Assembly: GCA_964354155.1 (NCBI GenBank)
Contig: CAYGYG010000001.1
Location: forward strand, 11,121-75,120
Source: an uncultured bacterium
GTDB lineage: Bacteria > Hydrothermota > Tepidihabitantia > SM23-42 > CAYGYG01
Direction of reading: 5' to 3'
Length of the DNA: 64,000 bases
Position 1 is the first letter of the stretch. Every line of letters starts with the position of its first letter. The notes beneath the pieces were generated by a model. The model saw only the letters and a program-made list of their open reading frames with translations, was not told the DNA's origin and did no database searches. The position numbers and the translations under genes are program-made. Shown here one piece after another: positions 1 through 10,412 of this stretch.

Positions 1-2
1 AT

Positions 3-1325
3 ATGAGAACCTGGTCGATGCTGATCATACTTCCAATTGCCCTCTGGAGCCAGGGTTGGCCCCTGGCGCCGCAGGATCAAGTTAAACCAGTAGGGAACAA
101 CTGGGGCGAGTACCAGAACTACGGCGGTGCTCCTTATCTCCACAATGGAGTGGATGTGATGGGAGTTACGGCTGGAAGACCTGTTTATGCAGTTGGCCGA
201 GGTACAGTCAAGGCTTGGCTTACAACTCAAGCTAACGAGCACTGGCGGTTGGCTATCGGAGACAGCAATCGGGTGCCGACCGACTCTTCAGACGGCTGGC
301 TTTATGCCCACATCGATCGAACTCGCTTCCACTTGAATGTCGGCGACACATGTCGTCCAGGCGACCTGATCGGCTATCTTGTGCCCTGGCCCGTAGCCGG
401 TTTTGACCACTGCCACTGGGCGCGGATCCGCAACGCAGGCTATCCATGGCTGGCGACCTGGCTGTTTGTCCAGAATCCCCTGGTTGTCATTCGTCCAAAC
501 ACTGACACGATTAGACCAGTTTTCGAAAGGGCCTACAGTTCAAACTGGTTTGCTTTCTGCCGCAACAACACTTCGACCTACCTGCAGCCCACGAACCTGA
601 ACGGCGATGTTGACATCGTGGCCAAGGTGCTGGACAAATGCTGCACGCCGTGGCACGACACGGTCTACACCCGGCTTGTACCCTACAAGATCGAATACCG
701 GATGCGCGGTCCGGTCACAATCCCGACGACCCGGTTCATGGAGTTCCGCGGCAAACTTCTTTACGATGCGGCAGCTACGAATGCCATCTACAAAGATGAT
801 GCAACCTGTAACACCCGTGGGGACTACACCTACCGCGACTACTTCTTCATTGTCACGAACACCGACGGCGATACGCTCATTGAGCCGAGTGATACTTCAG
901 GCAAGTGGCGTACCCAGAACTATCCGGACGGCGTTTATTGGGTTGTGGTCACGGCCTACGACGTCTACGGCAGCTGGAAGGCCGAGAGCATGCAGGTTAC
1001 TCTCAATAACGGTAACGCCGTGGCCGAGGGTAGAGACCACAGCCTGACTTCCTTTTCGGTCCAGCCCACGGTGCTTGGGCGCCGGGACTGCCTGAAGGTC
1101 AGTTTCGGGCCGGCCGCCGGTGGGCCGGTCGAGATCACCCTGTTCGACATAACCGGCAAAAAGATAATCAGTCACCGGGTTCTACCGACGGTAACGGCCT
1201 CGTTTGACATCCGGCTGGCGAGATATCTGGTTACGCCGGGTGTCTACTTTGTTTCTCTACGAGACCTCCGGCGCGTCGGCGGCAAAGGCCGGATCTTCAA
1301 ACGGAAGATAGTCGTCACCGATTAG
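3..1325 (+). CDS. Secreted M23-family-like metallopeptidase with T9SS C-terminal sorting domain. Start is 2 nt from the window edge, so the gene may extend upstream.
   Basis: Signal-peptide-like N-terminus (MRTWSMLIILPIALWSQG). HxxxD (HNGVD) and HxH (DHCHWARI) motifs typical of M23/LytM peptidases. The C-terminal ~80 aa (GVYFVSLRDL...KIVVTD) resembles a Por/T9SS sorting domain. Confidence 0.55.
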   Translation: MRTWSMLIILPIALWSQGWPLAPQDQVKPVGNNWGEYQNYGGAPYLHNGVDVMGVTAGRPVYAVGRGTVKAWLTTQANEHWRLAIGDSNRVPTDSSDGWLYAHIDRTRFHLNVGDTCRPGDLIGYLVPWPVAGFDHCHWARIRNAGYPWLATWLFVQNPLVVIRPNTDTIRPVFERAYSSNWFAFCRNNTSTYLQPTNLNGDVDIVAKVLDKCCTPWHDTVYTRLVPYKIEYRMRGPVTIPTTRFMEFRGKLLYDAAATNAIYKDDATCNTRGDYTYRDYFFIVTNTDGDTLIEPSDTSGKWRTQNYPDGVYWVVVTAYDVYGSWKAESMQVTLNNGNAVAEGRDHSLTSFSVQPTVLGRRDCLKVSFGPAAGGPVEITLFDITGKKIISHRVLPTVTASFDIRLARYLVTPGVYFVSLRDLRRVGGKGRIFKRKIVVTD

Positions 1326-1434
1326 ATTGTTGCGGGATTGGGCAATTAACAAGAGGGCGGGTAGTGGGGGTGAGAGAAAGGTGTTCTTCGGTAATAGCAA
1401 AGAAACGGCGTGAGCCGTTTCCAAAGGAGTCAAG

Positions 1435-3807
1435 ATGAAGTACTTGATGGTTATCGCGGGGCTTTTCGCCGTTGGCATGGCCTCGCATTATGACATGGGT
1501 CCAGCGCAGTCGTTTGTGCCGGAACCATACCAGGATGCCTCGGTGATATCGTTTTCGAACGGTATCGTCTTTGACACGAGGCAGGGTGAGCCGGTTTTAC
1601 CCGAAGGGTACCGGTCCGAGCCCAAAGCGCCGTCGGATTTGGTCTACTGCATTGTGCAGTTCCGCGGGCCGATCCGCCAGGATTGGCTGCGCAACATGGA
1701 ACAGCACGGCGCGCGGCCGCTCGGATACCTGCCGAACTATGCAGTGCTGGCCAAGATGGACGAAGTCACCCGGGGTCTGGTGGCCGCCATGCCGATGGTG
1801 CGCTGGGTCGGTCTTTTCCAGCCCGCCTACAAAGTAGCGGGCGATCTCTTCTACGCGCAGGGCGCGAAGGAACTGGTCATCCAGGTCTTTCCCGATGAAG
1901 ATGCCAACCAGGTCTCTGAAACAGTGAAGGCGCTGGGGGCCAAGGTCGAATACGTGATGGTCACCGACTATATGAAGACCATCAAGATCACGGCCGACGT
2001 TTCCCTGCTGCCCGAGATCGTCAGGCTCAACGATGTTCTGTGGATTCAGGAGTGGACCGAACCGACGGCCGCCAACGACAACTGCCAGTGGGTCGTCCAG
2101 TCGGGCTGGCGTGCCAGTGCCCCGCCGCCGACCGACACGGCCTCCCGGCGCCCGTGGAAACGGGGAGTGCGCGGTCAGGGTGTCGTGCTGTCGACTACTG
2201 ATACCGGCATAAACACGGGTCATAACATGTTCCGGGATCCGGCACTGGCGATCACGCCGCCCGGTATCTGGCCCACCCATCGCAAGCTGGTTGCCTACAA
2301 GAAGTACGCCACCGCCGACGCGGTTGAAGGTCAGTATCACGGCAGCCACGTCAATGGCACCGTGGCTGGTGACGATTCAGTGACCGGCGGAACCAGCAAC
2401 TATGACGGCATGTCGATAAAGGGAAGACTTTACTTTGTCGACCTGACCCTCGGGACGGGCTTTGTCGTCACGACCGATCTGACAACGATGTACGACACGA
2501 TTTACAACGGCAACGGCCTGCCTTACCGTATTCTACAGCAGTCTGGTTCCTGGCGCTGGTCCAGTACCGGTACTTATCTACTCCAGGAATCATCCAGCGA
2601 TGCCTTTGTCTGGCGACGGAAGAACTTCTTGAATATCTTTGCCGCCGGCAATGAAGGCGGACCATCGCGGATCGGCAATCCGAGTGCGGCGAAGAACATG
2701 GTAACGGTGGGCGCGAGCGGCAACGGTACGGTGTCCAACACACTGGCCGGCTTCTCAAGCCGCGGTCCAACTCAGGACAACCGCATCAAACCCAACATCT
2801 GCGCCCCGGGTGACCTGATCTATTCGGCAACGTCGACCGGTACAAATACGTATGCGTCGATGTCCGGTACGAGCATGGCAACGCCGGCGATAAACGGCGC
2901 GATGGGCCTGCTCCGCTGCTACCTGGAGCGGGGTTACTATCCGACCGGTGACAGTGTCGTCGGCAACCGCCTCAGCTACATCAGTGCGGCGCTGTTGCGG
3001 TCGATGGCCTATGCCTCGGCCGATCCTAACATCGGCGCCTTCGTCATCCCGAGCTTCGATATCGGCTGGGGTCGGATCAATATCGACAGCGTCCTGTACT
3101 TTACCGGCGACACGCGTCGGTTGATGCTCAAGGATGATACGGTCGGCGTGGCAACCGGTCTGTTTAAAGAAGACTCGTTCCGGGTTACCGCGGCGATTCC
3201 GTTGCGGATTGCCATGGCCTATACCGACTCGGCCGGCGCGCCGAACGCGAACCCGTGCCTGGTCAATAACCTCCACCTGCTGGTTACGGCACCGGGCGGG
3301 ACTTTCTACCGCGGCAATCAATACACCGCGGGTCAATCGACCGCAAACCCGGGGACCTGGGATGATCGGAATGTCGAAGAGTGCGCCCGGATCAACGCAC
3401 CGGCTACCGGCATCTGGACGATCCGAGTGATCGGTCAGAACGTGAGAACCGCGCGTCAGCCGTTTGCCTATACGATCAGCGGGGCGGTGACGCTACTGGG
3501 CGTCGAAGATGAGCGGCCTTCGGGAATCCCGACGGTATTTGGTGTCAAGGTGGCATCGGCGATCTTCAGCCGCGCAACCCGAATCAACCTCTCATTGCCG
3601 GCCCGATCGAATGTCACCCTGACGATCTACGACATCGATGGTCGCGAGGTCAGCACCCTGGCTGCTAAGTCGTTTGAGCCCGGCAATCACGTCTTCACCT
3701 GGTCGGGCACCGATCATAACGGCAAGCGCGTAGCAAGTGGTGTCTACTTCTACAAGGTTGAGACCGCGAGCGACAAGGCGGTTGGGAAACTCATCCTGGT
3801 AAGATAA
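1435..3807 (+). CDS. Subtilisin-like serine protease (peptidase S8) with T9SS C-terminal sorting domain
   Basis: Catalytic triad motifs DTGINTGH (Asp), HGSHVNGTVAG (His) and GTSMATP (Ser). N-terminal signal peptide and C-terminal CTD (GVYFYKVETASDKAVGKLILVR). GGAG Shine-Dalgarno 6 nt upstream of the ATG. Confidence 0.85.
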   Translation: MKYLMVIAGLFAVGMASHYDMGPAQSFVPEPYQDASVISFSNGIVFDTRQGEPVLPEGYRSEPKAPSDLVYCIVQFRGPIRQDWLRNMEQHGARPLGYLPNYAVLAKMDEVTRGLVAAMPMVRWVGLFQPAYKVAGDLFYAQGAKELVIQVFPDEDANQVSETVKALGAKVEYVMVTDYMKTIKITADVSLLPEIVRLNDVLWIQEWTEPTAANDNCQWVVQSGWRASAPPPTDTASRRPWKRGVRGQGVVLSTTDTGINTGHNMFRDPALAITPPGIWPTHRKLVAYKKYATADAVEGQYHGSHVNGTVAGDDSVTGGTSNYDGMSIKGRLYFVDLTLGTGFVVTTDLTTMYDTIYNGNGLPYRILQQSGSWRWSSTGTYLLQESSSDAFVWRRKNFLNIFAAGNEGGPSRIGNPSAAKNMVTVGASGNGTVSNTLAGFSSRGPTQDNRIKPNICAPGDLIYSATSTGTNTYASMSGTSMATPAINGAMGLLRCYLERGYYPTGDSVVGNRLSYISAALLRSMAYASADPNIGAFVIPSFDIGWGRINIDSVLYFTGDTRRLMLKDDTVGVATGLFKEDSFRVTAAIPLRIAMAYTDSAGAPNANPCLVNNLHLLVTAPGGTFYRGNQYTAGQSTANPGTWDDRNVEECARINAPATGIWTIRVIGQNVRTARQPFAYTISGAVTLLGVEDERPSGIPTVFGVKVASAIFSRATRINLSLPARSNVTLTIYDIDGREVSTLAAKSFEPGNHVFTWSGTDHNGKRVASGVYFYKVETASDKAVGKLILVR

Positions 3808-3826
3808 CGCGTAGTCCAAGAAGACT

Positions 3827-3853
3827 GGGGCCCCGCAAGGGGCCCCTTTTTTT
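3827..3853 (+). terminator. Rho-independent terminator downstream of the S8 protease gene
   Basis: Self-complementary stem GGGGCCCC-gcaa-GGGGCCCC followed by T7. Confidence 0.7.
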
Positions 3854-4613
3854 ACAGGTAGTAACTGAGAAAAGGTAAGTTCAATCCTTGAACATACAAA
3901 GCCAACAACGCTCCCAAACTCAGGAAGGGTCCAAACGGTATCGGAGTTTGGCGTTCTTTCCTGGTGCCGACCAGATAAATGCCCGCGATTAAGGCCCCGA
4001 GCAGTGCGGCAAGGAGTATTGCGATGAATGTGTACTTTAGACCCAGAAAGGCGCCGATCATTCCGGCGAGTTCGACATCACCAAAGCCCATGACTTCGCG
4101 ATGGTAGACGAGTCCCCCGACAACGCGCACCAGGTAGATCAGGCCGCCGCCGAGCACGATACCGGCCAGGGACGATCCCACCGTGCCCTCGGTAATGTGC
4201 AGGGCGATGCCGAGTGCAATACCGGGTAGGACGATTACTTCGGGAATGAGCAGGTGGACAAGGTCAATGACGGAACAGACGATCAGTATGCCGCAGAAGA
4301 TAAGATAGAGGAAGAACCCAAGGCTGAGCCCAAACCTGAGCCAGAGGCCGAGGGCGCAAGCCGCGGTGACGATCTCGACCAGCGGGTACTGGACGGAGAT
4401 CGGCGACTTGCAGCCCGAACAGCGGCCGCGCAGCAGGAGATAACTGATAACGGGAACATTCTCCAATGCGGCAATCGGTTTTCGACAGGCCGGACAGAAA
4501 GAGCTGGGCCTGATGATGGAAAGGTTCTGGGGCAGCCGGTAGATGAGGACGTTGAAAAAACTTCCGAGGCAGGCGCCGGCCAGCGTGACAAAGATGTCAA
4601 CCAATAGCGGCAT
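3852..4613 (-). CDS. pilD: Type IV prepilin leader peptidase (A24 family, PilD)
   Basis: N-terminal zinc-binding CxxC...CxxC tetrad (CPACRK...CSGCKSP). Polytopic membrane protein of ~250 aa typical of PilD. Confidence 0.8.
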   Translation of the reverse strand: MPLLVDIFVTLAGACLGSFFNVLIYRLPQNLSIIRPSSFCPACRKPIAALENVPVISYLLLRGRCSGCKSPISVQYPLVEIVTAACALGLWLRFGLSLGFFLYLIFCGILIVCSVIDLVHLLIPEVIVLPGIALGIALHITEGTVGSSLAGIVLGGGLIYLVRVVGGLVYHREVMGFGDVELAGMIGAFLGLKYTFIAILLAALLGALIAGIYLVGTRKERQTPIPFGPFLSLGALLALYVQGLNLPFLSYYL

Positions 4614-4818
4614 TGCTAAAAATAGCGCAAAATCGGCTTATGTCAATGCCGAAGGCAAGCTGTCCAGCCATCAAGCTATTGAGCAATCGAGCGAAGGGCA
4701 GTAGGAAAGGGAAGAGATCGCGGTTCTATCCGGTATCGTGGATCGGGCATCCAACTCATTCCCCACTTCATCACTGTAATCCGCCGTTCTATCACCGTAA
4801 TCGAAGCGTTTTGTCTGC

Positions 4819-4846
4819 TTGACAAACCGGTTCGCTTGCGTAGAAT
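4819..4846 (+). promoter_or_regulatory. Sigma-70-like promoter (TTGACA-16-TAGAAT) giving a near-leaderless transcript for the HIT gene
   Basis: TTGACA at 4819-4824, a 16-nt spacer, TAGAAT at 4841-4846, and the ATG at 4852 only 5 nt after the -10. The ORF-track start at 4819 is the -35 TTG itself. Confidence 0.5.
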
Positions 4847-4851
4847 CTGGC

Positions 4852-5325
4852 ATGCGCAGACTCTGGGCGCCCTGGCGCACCGTCTACATCAATGAAGCTC
4901 CGTCGAAGGGCTGCATCTTCTGCCGTGGCCATCAAGCGCGACATGACCGGAAGAACCTCATCCTGCATCGCGGTGAGGAGGGTTTTGTCCTTCTTAATCG
5001 TTTTCCCTACAGTAACGGCCATCTTATGATTGCCCCTTTTCGCCATGTGGGTGAGCTCTCCAAGCTGACACGCGTCGAGATCTTTGAGATGTTCGACTTA
5101 CTCAACCGGGCGATTGGAGCGATACGCAAGACGATGCGGCCGCAGGCATTCAATGTCGGCCTCAACTTGGGCCGGGTTGCGGGCGCGGGGGTTGAAGACC
5201 ATGTTCATATCCATGTGGTGCCGCGCTGGTCGGGCGACACCAATTTCATGCCGGTGCTGTGCCAGACCAAGGTCATTTCCGAGGCACTCGACTGCACCTA
5301 TCGGAAACTCAAGAAAGTCTTCTGA
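4852..5325 (+). CDS. HIT-family (histidine triad) nucleotide hydrolase/transferase, Ap4A-phosphorylase/GalT-like branch
   Basis: Histidine triad HVHIHVVPR. N-terminal WAPWR...CIFC motif typical of this HIT branch. The start is reassigned to the ATG at 4852. Confidence 0.75.
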   Translation: MRRLWAPWRTVYINEAPSKGCIFCRGHQARHDRKNLILHRGEEGFVLLNRFPYSNGHLMIAPFRHVGELSKLTRVEIFEMFDLLNRAIGAIRKTMRPQAFNVGLNLGRVAGAGVEDHVHIHVVPRWSGDTNFMPVLCQTKVISEALDCTYRKLKKVF

Positions 5326-5355
5326 TTCACTTCCTGAGCGCGACGGCGGCCTCCG

Positions 5356-7443
5356 GTGAAGAAGAATTCATCCATCAACCTTGATACACCGGTTCAATAC
5401 CTTAAGGGTATTGGTCCGATGCGGGCGGTCCGGCTCGAACGGCTCGGTGTTAAAACGATCCAGGATTTGCTCTACCTTATTCCCCGTCGGTACATAGACT
5501 ATTCCCGTTTGGTCAAGATCAGGGATACTAAGGTAAAAGATGAGGTGACGATCGCGGGCCGAATCGGTGCGGTCCAGTCGCGCCGCACCCGGCGCGGCGT
5601 CCCGGTGACGATGCTTGCGGTCACCGATGGTACTGGCGTGTTATCGGTGCGGTGGTTCAACCGGCCTGACCTTAAACGCCAATTCAGGGCCAACGAGCAT
5701 ATTATTCTGTCGGGCGTGGTCAGTTACTATACGGGTAAGCAGTTGGTCAACCCCAACTACGAAATTGTGAGCACCGACGACTCCGGCGGCGCACTCTATG
5801 CCGGCACCGTGATCCCGGTTTACCCCCTGACCGAGGGTCTTAACGTATGGGAACTGCGGCGCGCCATCAAGTCCGCCTACGAAAAAGTCGGCAACCTGTT
5901 GTCCGAGAGCCTGCCCGATTACCTTCTGAAGCGGAACCAGTTGGCATCGATCCGCGACGCGATCTACCAGCTCCATTTCCCGGCCGGCACCGAAGACGGC
6001 CTGGCGGCACGCCGGCGTCTTGTGTACGAGGAGCTTTTCCTTTTCGAACTCCTGCTGGCCCTTCGCCGCCGGCAGCTTCTTGCCCAGGCCCGGGGGTTTG
6101 CAATGACCGACCGCAAGGACCTGACCCGCCGATTCCTGGAGCATCTGGCGTTTGAACTGACCGGCGGTCAGCAACGGATGATTGACGAAATCAGGCAGGA
6201 CATGGCCTCTTCCCACATCATGAATCGTCTGCTGCAGGGTGATGTCGGCTCCGGCAAGACGGTGGTGGCACTCTATGCCATGCTCATCGCGGTCGAAAAC
6301 GGATTCCAGGCCGCGCTCATGGCCCCGACCGAGATCCTCGCGGAGCAGCACTACGCTTACTACCGAGACCGGCTGAACGCACTCGGTGTCACCAATGCGT
6401 TGCTCACCGGGAGCACGAAGAGAAAACTCCATGACGATATCGTTGAGAACGTGAAGACCGGTCAGGTCAAGATTGTGTTCGGCACCCACGCCCTGATTGA
6501 AAGCGCGGTCGAGTTCTACAACCTTGGACTGGCAGTGGTTGACGAGCAGCACCGGTTTGGGGTTGCCCAGCGGGCCCGGTTCGCCAACAAAGGGGTGACC
6601 CCGGATTTCCTGGTGATGACGGCGACACCGATACCGCGGACTCTGTCCATGACTATCTATGGTGATCTTGAGATATCAAGCCTTGACGAAAAACCCCCGG
6701 GCCGTAGGCCCATCGTCACCAAAGTGGTACGCGGCCGGGAGCAGGCCGCAGTTTTCGGTTTTATCCGAGAGCAGATCCGCGTCGGGCATCAGGCGTTTGT
6801 GGTCTATCCGGTGATTGAGGAATCGGAGCGGTTGGAACTGAAGTCGGCTACCGCCGCGCACCGCGAAATGCAGCAGACCTTTGCCGGCTGCCGCGTCGGC
6901 CTGATCCACGGACGGATGAGCTTTCCGGATCGAGTCCGGGTAATGGAGGAATTCCGCCGGGGGGGGATCGACATCCTGGTTTCAACCACGGTCATCGAGG
7001 TCGGCGTCGATATCCCTAACGCCATTATCATGGTAATCGAGCATCCGGAACGGTTCGGCCTGGCCCAGCTTCATCAGCTGCGGGGCAGGGTGGGCCGGGG
7101 TGCGGCCGAATCGTACTGTTTTCTCCTTGTCGATCGGATGGTTTCCGACGCCGCGTACGAACGGCTTTCCTATTTTGAAAAGACCGAGGACGGGTTTCGT
7201 CTGGCCGAGAAGGACTTGCAGCTGCGCGGGCCCGGCGAGCTGCTGGGGCACCGGCAGCACGGCCTGCCCGATTTCAAGTGCGCTGACTTGATCGATGACA
7301 TTGATGTGTTAAAGCGGGCGCGGGACGACGCCTTCGATCTGGTGAAGCAGGACCCGGCGCTGGCCTGGCCCGAACACCAGGCCCTTCGGACTTTGATCAA
7401 AACCCGGCACCGAGACCGCATGGAACTGCTCGGCATTGGCTGA
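5356..7443 (+). CDS. recG: ATP-dependent DNA helicase RecG
   Basis: Walker [12 protein letters not shown] and DEQH box ([10 protein letters not shown]). N-terminal wedge domain region, helicase C-terminal motifs (QLRGRVGRG) and a ~695 aa length. Confidence 0.9.
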   Translation: MKKNSSINLDTPVQYLKGIGPMRAVRLERLGVKTIQDLLYLIPRRYIDYSRLVKIRDTKVKDEVTIAGRIGAVQSRRTRRGVPVTMLAVTDGTGVLSVRWFNRPDLKRQFRANEHIILSGVVSYYTGKQLVNPNYEIVSTDDSGGALYAGTVIPVYPLTEGLNVWELRRAIKSAYEKVGNLLSESLPDYLLKRNQLASIRDAIYQLHFPAGTEDGLAARRRLVYEELFLFELLLALRRRQLLAQARGFAMTDRKDLTRRFLEHLAFELTGGQQRMIDEIRQDMASSHIMNRLLQGDVGSGKTVVALYAMLIAVENGFQAALMAPTEILAEQHYAYYRDRLNALGVTNALLTGSTKRKLHDDIVENVKTGQVKIVFGTHALIESAVEFYNLGLAVVDEQHRFGVAQRARFANKGVTPDFLVMTATPIPRTLSMTIYGDLEISSLDEKPPGRRPIVTKVVRGREQAAVFGFIREQIRVGHQAFVVYPVIEESERLELKSATAAHREMQQTFAGCRVGLIHGRMSFPDRVRVMEEFRRGGIDILVSTTVIEVGVDIPNAIIMVIEHPERFGLAQLHQLRGRVGRGAAESYCFLLVDRMVSDAAYERLSYFEKTEDGFRLAEKDLQLRGPGELLGHRQHGLPDFKCADLIDDIDVLKRARDDAFDLVKQDPALAWPEHQALRTLIKTRHRDRMELLGIG

Positions 7444-7462
7444 AATCTGACCCATTTATTCG

Positions 7463-7490
7463 TTGACAAATATGCATTTGTGGTTAGAAT
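7463..7490 (+). promoter_or_regulatory. Sigma-70-like promoter (TTGACA-16-TAGAAT) upstream of the TPR gene
   Basis: TTGACA at 7463-7468, a 16-nt spacer and TAGAAT at 7485-7490. A GGAGG Shine-Dalgarno lies at 7501-7505, before the ATG at 7510. Confidence 0.5.
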
Positions 7491-7509
7491 TACGCTTTGT
7501 GGAGGATAA

Positions 7510-8808
7510 ATGGCCGATACCGATTTTGTGGAAATCGAACGGTTAGCGGACAAGCTGCGCCGTGATCCCAAATCAAGGATGTTCGCCCAGTTGGCCGATG
7601 CGTACCGCAAGGCGGGGATGTGCGACGAGGCCCTCGAGGTACTGAAGACTGGTCTTGAGGTCCATCCGAACTACGCTACCGCCCACCTGGTTTTGGCCCG
7701 GTGCTATGTTGACAAGCACATGCACGAGATGGCCAAGGACGCGGCGAAAAAGCTGCTGCAGCTTGATCCGCAGTCGCTGGTCGGGTTCAAGCTCCTGGCC
7801 CAGACCTGTGACCGGTTGGGCGATGAAGACGGTCTGATTGCTGCCTACAAAGGAATTACCGGGCTTGACTCTTCTGACGCCCCGACCCGCGCCAAACTCC
7901 AGGAATTGCTCAAGAAGAAGACGTCGCAGGACGTACTAACTTCCCTTTCTTTGGCCAAAGAGTATGAGACCCAGGGCTATACTGAGAAGGCACTGGACAT
8001 CTACCGGAGGCTGTCCTATCAGGACCCCGGTGATATCGAGATGGCCAGCAAGGTGAAGGAGCTGTTGCAGAAGGTCACCAAACCCGGGGAAAAGAAACTG
8101 GAAGCTCTCCCGGTCGACGGGCTGGAAACGATAACCGCGTTTGCGCCGCCAACCGAGGCCAAGCCGGAAGAGAAACTGGGCAAGCTGCCACCGCTGGAAG
8201 AGATCTTGCCGGTCGAGCCGGCTGGCCCGTTGTTGATCACCGAGCCACTTTCCGCACAGCTGGGAGCGGTCGAACCGGCGGTCGAAAGACGCGCGCCTCC
8301 CAAGATTGCCGATGAACCCCGCGTGGTTGAACCGCCCCAGGTGGTTGATCTCGCCCCGGTTGAAGAACCGAAACCAGTTGAGGATTTGGAGCGCATCGTC
8401 CAGGAGTTGCCTGCCGCAGAACCGGCGCGGCCAGAGCCGCAGCCCGAAGTCACGCCGCTTGAGACATTGCTGGAAAAAGCTGAACCGGCCGGACCGCCGG
8501 TTGTGGAACCTGCAAAGCCGGTCGAGGAGCCGCAGCAACTGGTGGAAGAGGAACTCCACTCGCTGGATCAATTTCTGGCCCCGGCCGAGGAGAAACTGCC
8601 CGAGGTGAAGGCCGAAGAAGCGCTACCGTCGCTGGACGGCCTGCTCAAGGCCGAGCTACCTCCTGAGCAACCGGCGCCTCAGCCCAAGCCGGAAGTTCGT
8701 TCCCAGCCACAACCGACACCCCAGCCCATAGAAGAAAAAGCCTCGGATCGGCCCAAGGGTGATGATTTTCAGTCGTTTCAGGAATGGCTCTCAGGGCTCT
8801 TAAAATGA
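7510..8808 (+). CDS. TPR-repeat protein with C-terminal Pro/Glu-rich low-complexity region
   Basis: N-terminal TPR-like helical repeats. The C-terminal half is PE(P)-rich low complexity. Confidence 0.65.
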   Translation: MADTDFVEIERLADKLRRDPKSRMFAQLADAYRKAGMCDEALEVLKTGLEVHPNYATAHLVLARCYVDKHMHEMAKDAAKKLLQLDPQSLVGFKLLAQTCDRLGDEDGLIAAYKGITGLDSSDAPTRAKLQELLKKKTSQDVLTSLSLAKEYETQGYTEKALDIYRRLSYQDPGDIEMASKVKELLQKVTKPGEKKLEALPVDGLETITAFAPPTEAKPEEKLGKLPPLEEILPVEPAGPLLITEPLSAQLGAVEPAVERRAPPKIADEPRVVEPPQVVDLAPVEEPKPVEDLERIVQELPAAEPARPEPQPEVTPLETLLEKAEPAGPPVVEPAKPVEEPQQLVEEELHSLDQFLAPAEEKLPEVKAEEALPSLDGLLKAELPPEQPAPQPKPEVRSQPQPTPQPIEEKASDRPKGDDFQSFQEWLSGLLK

Positions 8809-9284
8809 ACCTCGAAGAACTGGAAAAATTGATCAAATTGGTTGAGAAGAGCGAAATCGCCGAGATTGAGATTACGCGTTTCGGCCAGAAGATTAGGATT
8901 TCCAAGACGCACGCGAAGCCGGGCAAGGCCGAGCATGGCAATCCCGCCTCTGCGCAGCTTGACGTCGAGACCGTGTCGATTCTGGAAAAGAAGACTCAGG
9001 AAGCGAAGGCTGAAGAGAAGAAAGTCGAAGAAAGACTCAAGAACACGGTTCCGATCACGTCTCCGATCGTAGGCACATTCTACCTTACGCCGGCGCCGGA
9101 TGCCCAGCCCTACGTTGAGGTGGGTGATATCGTTAAGCCCGGTCAGGTTGTTTGCATTATCGAGGCGATGAAATTGATGAATGAGATCGAGTCTGAAATT
9201 GCCGGCAGGATCATCAAGATATGTGTCAAGAATGAAGAGCCGGTCGAGTACGGCCAGGAACTTTTCCGGCTGGAACGCATGTAG
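8805..9284 (+). CDS. accB: Acetyl-CoA carboxylase biotin carboxyl carrier protein (BCCP)
   Basis: Biotinylation motif [10 protein letters not shown] and a Pro/Ala-rich linker. N-terminal [13 protein letters not shown] is typical of AccB. The start ATG at 8805 overlaps the upstream stop (ATGA). Confidence 0.85.
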   Translation: MNLEELEKLIKLVEKSEIAEIEITRFGQKIRISKTHAKPGKAEHGNPASAQLDVETVSILEKKTQEAKAEEKKVEERLKNTVPITSPIVGTFYLTPAPDAQPYVEVGDIVKPGQVVCIIEAMKLMNEIESEIAGRIIKICVKNEEPVEYGQELFRLERM

Positions 9285-9302
9285 GCAAAACGGGAGAGGA
9301 CA

Positions 9303-10412
9303 ATGGACCTAAAGATATTGTTGGAGAAGATGGTCAAGGCCAACGCGTCCGACCTCCATCTCAAATCAGGGTGCCCGCCGGTTTTCCGGATCGACGGCCG
9401 GCTCGTCGTCGAGAAGTCTGACACGCTGACGCCGGAAGTCCTGCGCCAGATGATTCTGCAGATGATGTCGCAGGACCAGCAGGACTACTTCCAGAAAGCC
9501 AAGGAGCTTGACTTCGCCATTGGCGTGAGAGGTATCGGGCGATTCCGTGTCAATTGCTTCATGCAGCGGGGTAGTGTGGCGATCGCGATGCGCGCGATTC
9601 CGATGTCGGTGAAGCGGATTGACGAACTCAATCTGCCCGGGATATTGAAGGACCTTGCACTCAAACAGCGCGGTCTCATCATCTGCACCGGCACCACCGG
9701 CAGCGGTAAGTCGACAACGCTGGCGGCGACGATTGAATATATCAATGAGAGCCAGTCACGCCACATCATCACAATTGAGGACCCGATCGAATATTTGTTC
9801 CGTGATAATAAGTCCATTATCAGCCAGCGCGAGGTCGGGATGGACACGATTTCCTTCTCGGTTGCGCTCAAACACGTGATGCGTCAGGACCCGGACGTCA
9901 TCCTCATCGGGGAAATTCGTGACCGCGAGACGATGGACGTGGCGCTGAAGGCAGCCGATACCGGGCATTTGGTGCTTTCGACGCTTCACACCCTGAACGC
10001 CACTGAGACAATCAACCGTATCATATCCTTCTATCCGCCTCACCAGCACGAGCACATTCGCGTCCTGCTGGCCGCGACCATGGTCGGAGTCTGCTCACTG
10101 CGGCTTCTGCCGCGGGCCGACGGCAAAGGACGCATCCCGGCGGTTGAAATTCTCATTGCCACGCCGACCATCCGAGACTACCTGCTGGACCCGGTCAAGA
10201 CGCTGTTGATTCAGTCCGCGATCGAAGAGGGTTATGCCCAATACGGCATGCAGACCTTTGACCAGTCGTTGTTCAAACTGTACAAGGACGGACTGATTAC
10301 GTACGACGACGCCCTGCTAGCGGTTTCCAACCCGGATGAATTCAAGTTGCGTCTGGTTGGAATCGAAGCTACGGCAGAGCGTGGTTGGCAGCCTTTTGAT
10401 ACCGGCAAGTAA
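9303..10412 (+). CDS. pilT: Type IV pilus retraction ATPase PilT (PilT/PilU family)
   Basis: Walker A GTTGSGKSTT. Secretion-ATPase Asp box and His box (ILIGEIRD, HLVLSTLHT). The 369 aa length is typical of PilT. Confidence 0.85.
   Translation: MDLKILLEKMVKANASDLHLKSGCPPVFRIDGRLVVEKSDTLTPEVLRQMILQMMSQDQQDYFQKAKELDFAIGVRGIGRFRVNCFMQRGSVAIAMRAIPMSVKRIDELNLPGILKDLALKQRGLIICTGTTGSGKSTTLAATIEYINESQSRHIITIEDPIEYLFRDNKSIISQREVGMDTISFSVALKHVMRQDPDVILIGEIRDRETMDVALKAADTGHLVLSTLHTLNATETINRIISFYPPHQHEHIRVLLAATMVGVCSLRLLPRADGKGRIPAVEILIATPTIRDYLLDPVKTLLIQSAIEEGYAQYGMQTFDQSLFKLYKDGLITYDDALLAVSNPDEFKLRLVGIEATAERGWQPFDTGK

Noticed and set aside
1597-2349. 250-aa antisense ORF inside the S8 protease gene, and many similar long opposite-strand ORFs (5641-6552, 10427-11116, 13881-14570, 14700-15449, 34740-35486, 35979-36590, 47044-47580, 48160-48858, 54769-55314, 56578-57141, 60389-61153, 61232-62317, 62792-63478)
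   Set aside because: High GC content suppresses stop codons on the antisense strand. Each overlaps a gene with clear homology-level motifs. The translations are Arg/Gly/Asp-rich low-complexity with no motifs.
4819-4851. ORF-track start of the HIT gene at 4819
   Set aside because: The 'start' is the TTG of the TTGACA -35 hexamer. The conserved HIT N-terminus begins at the ATG at 4852.
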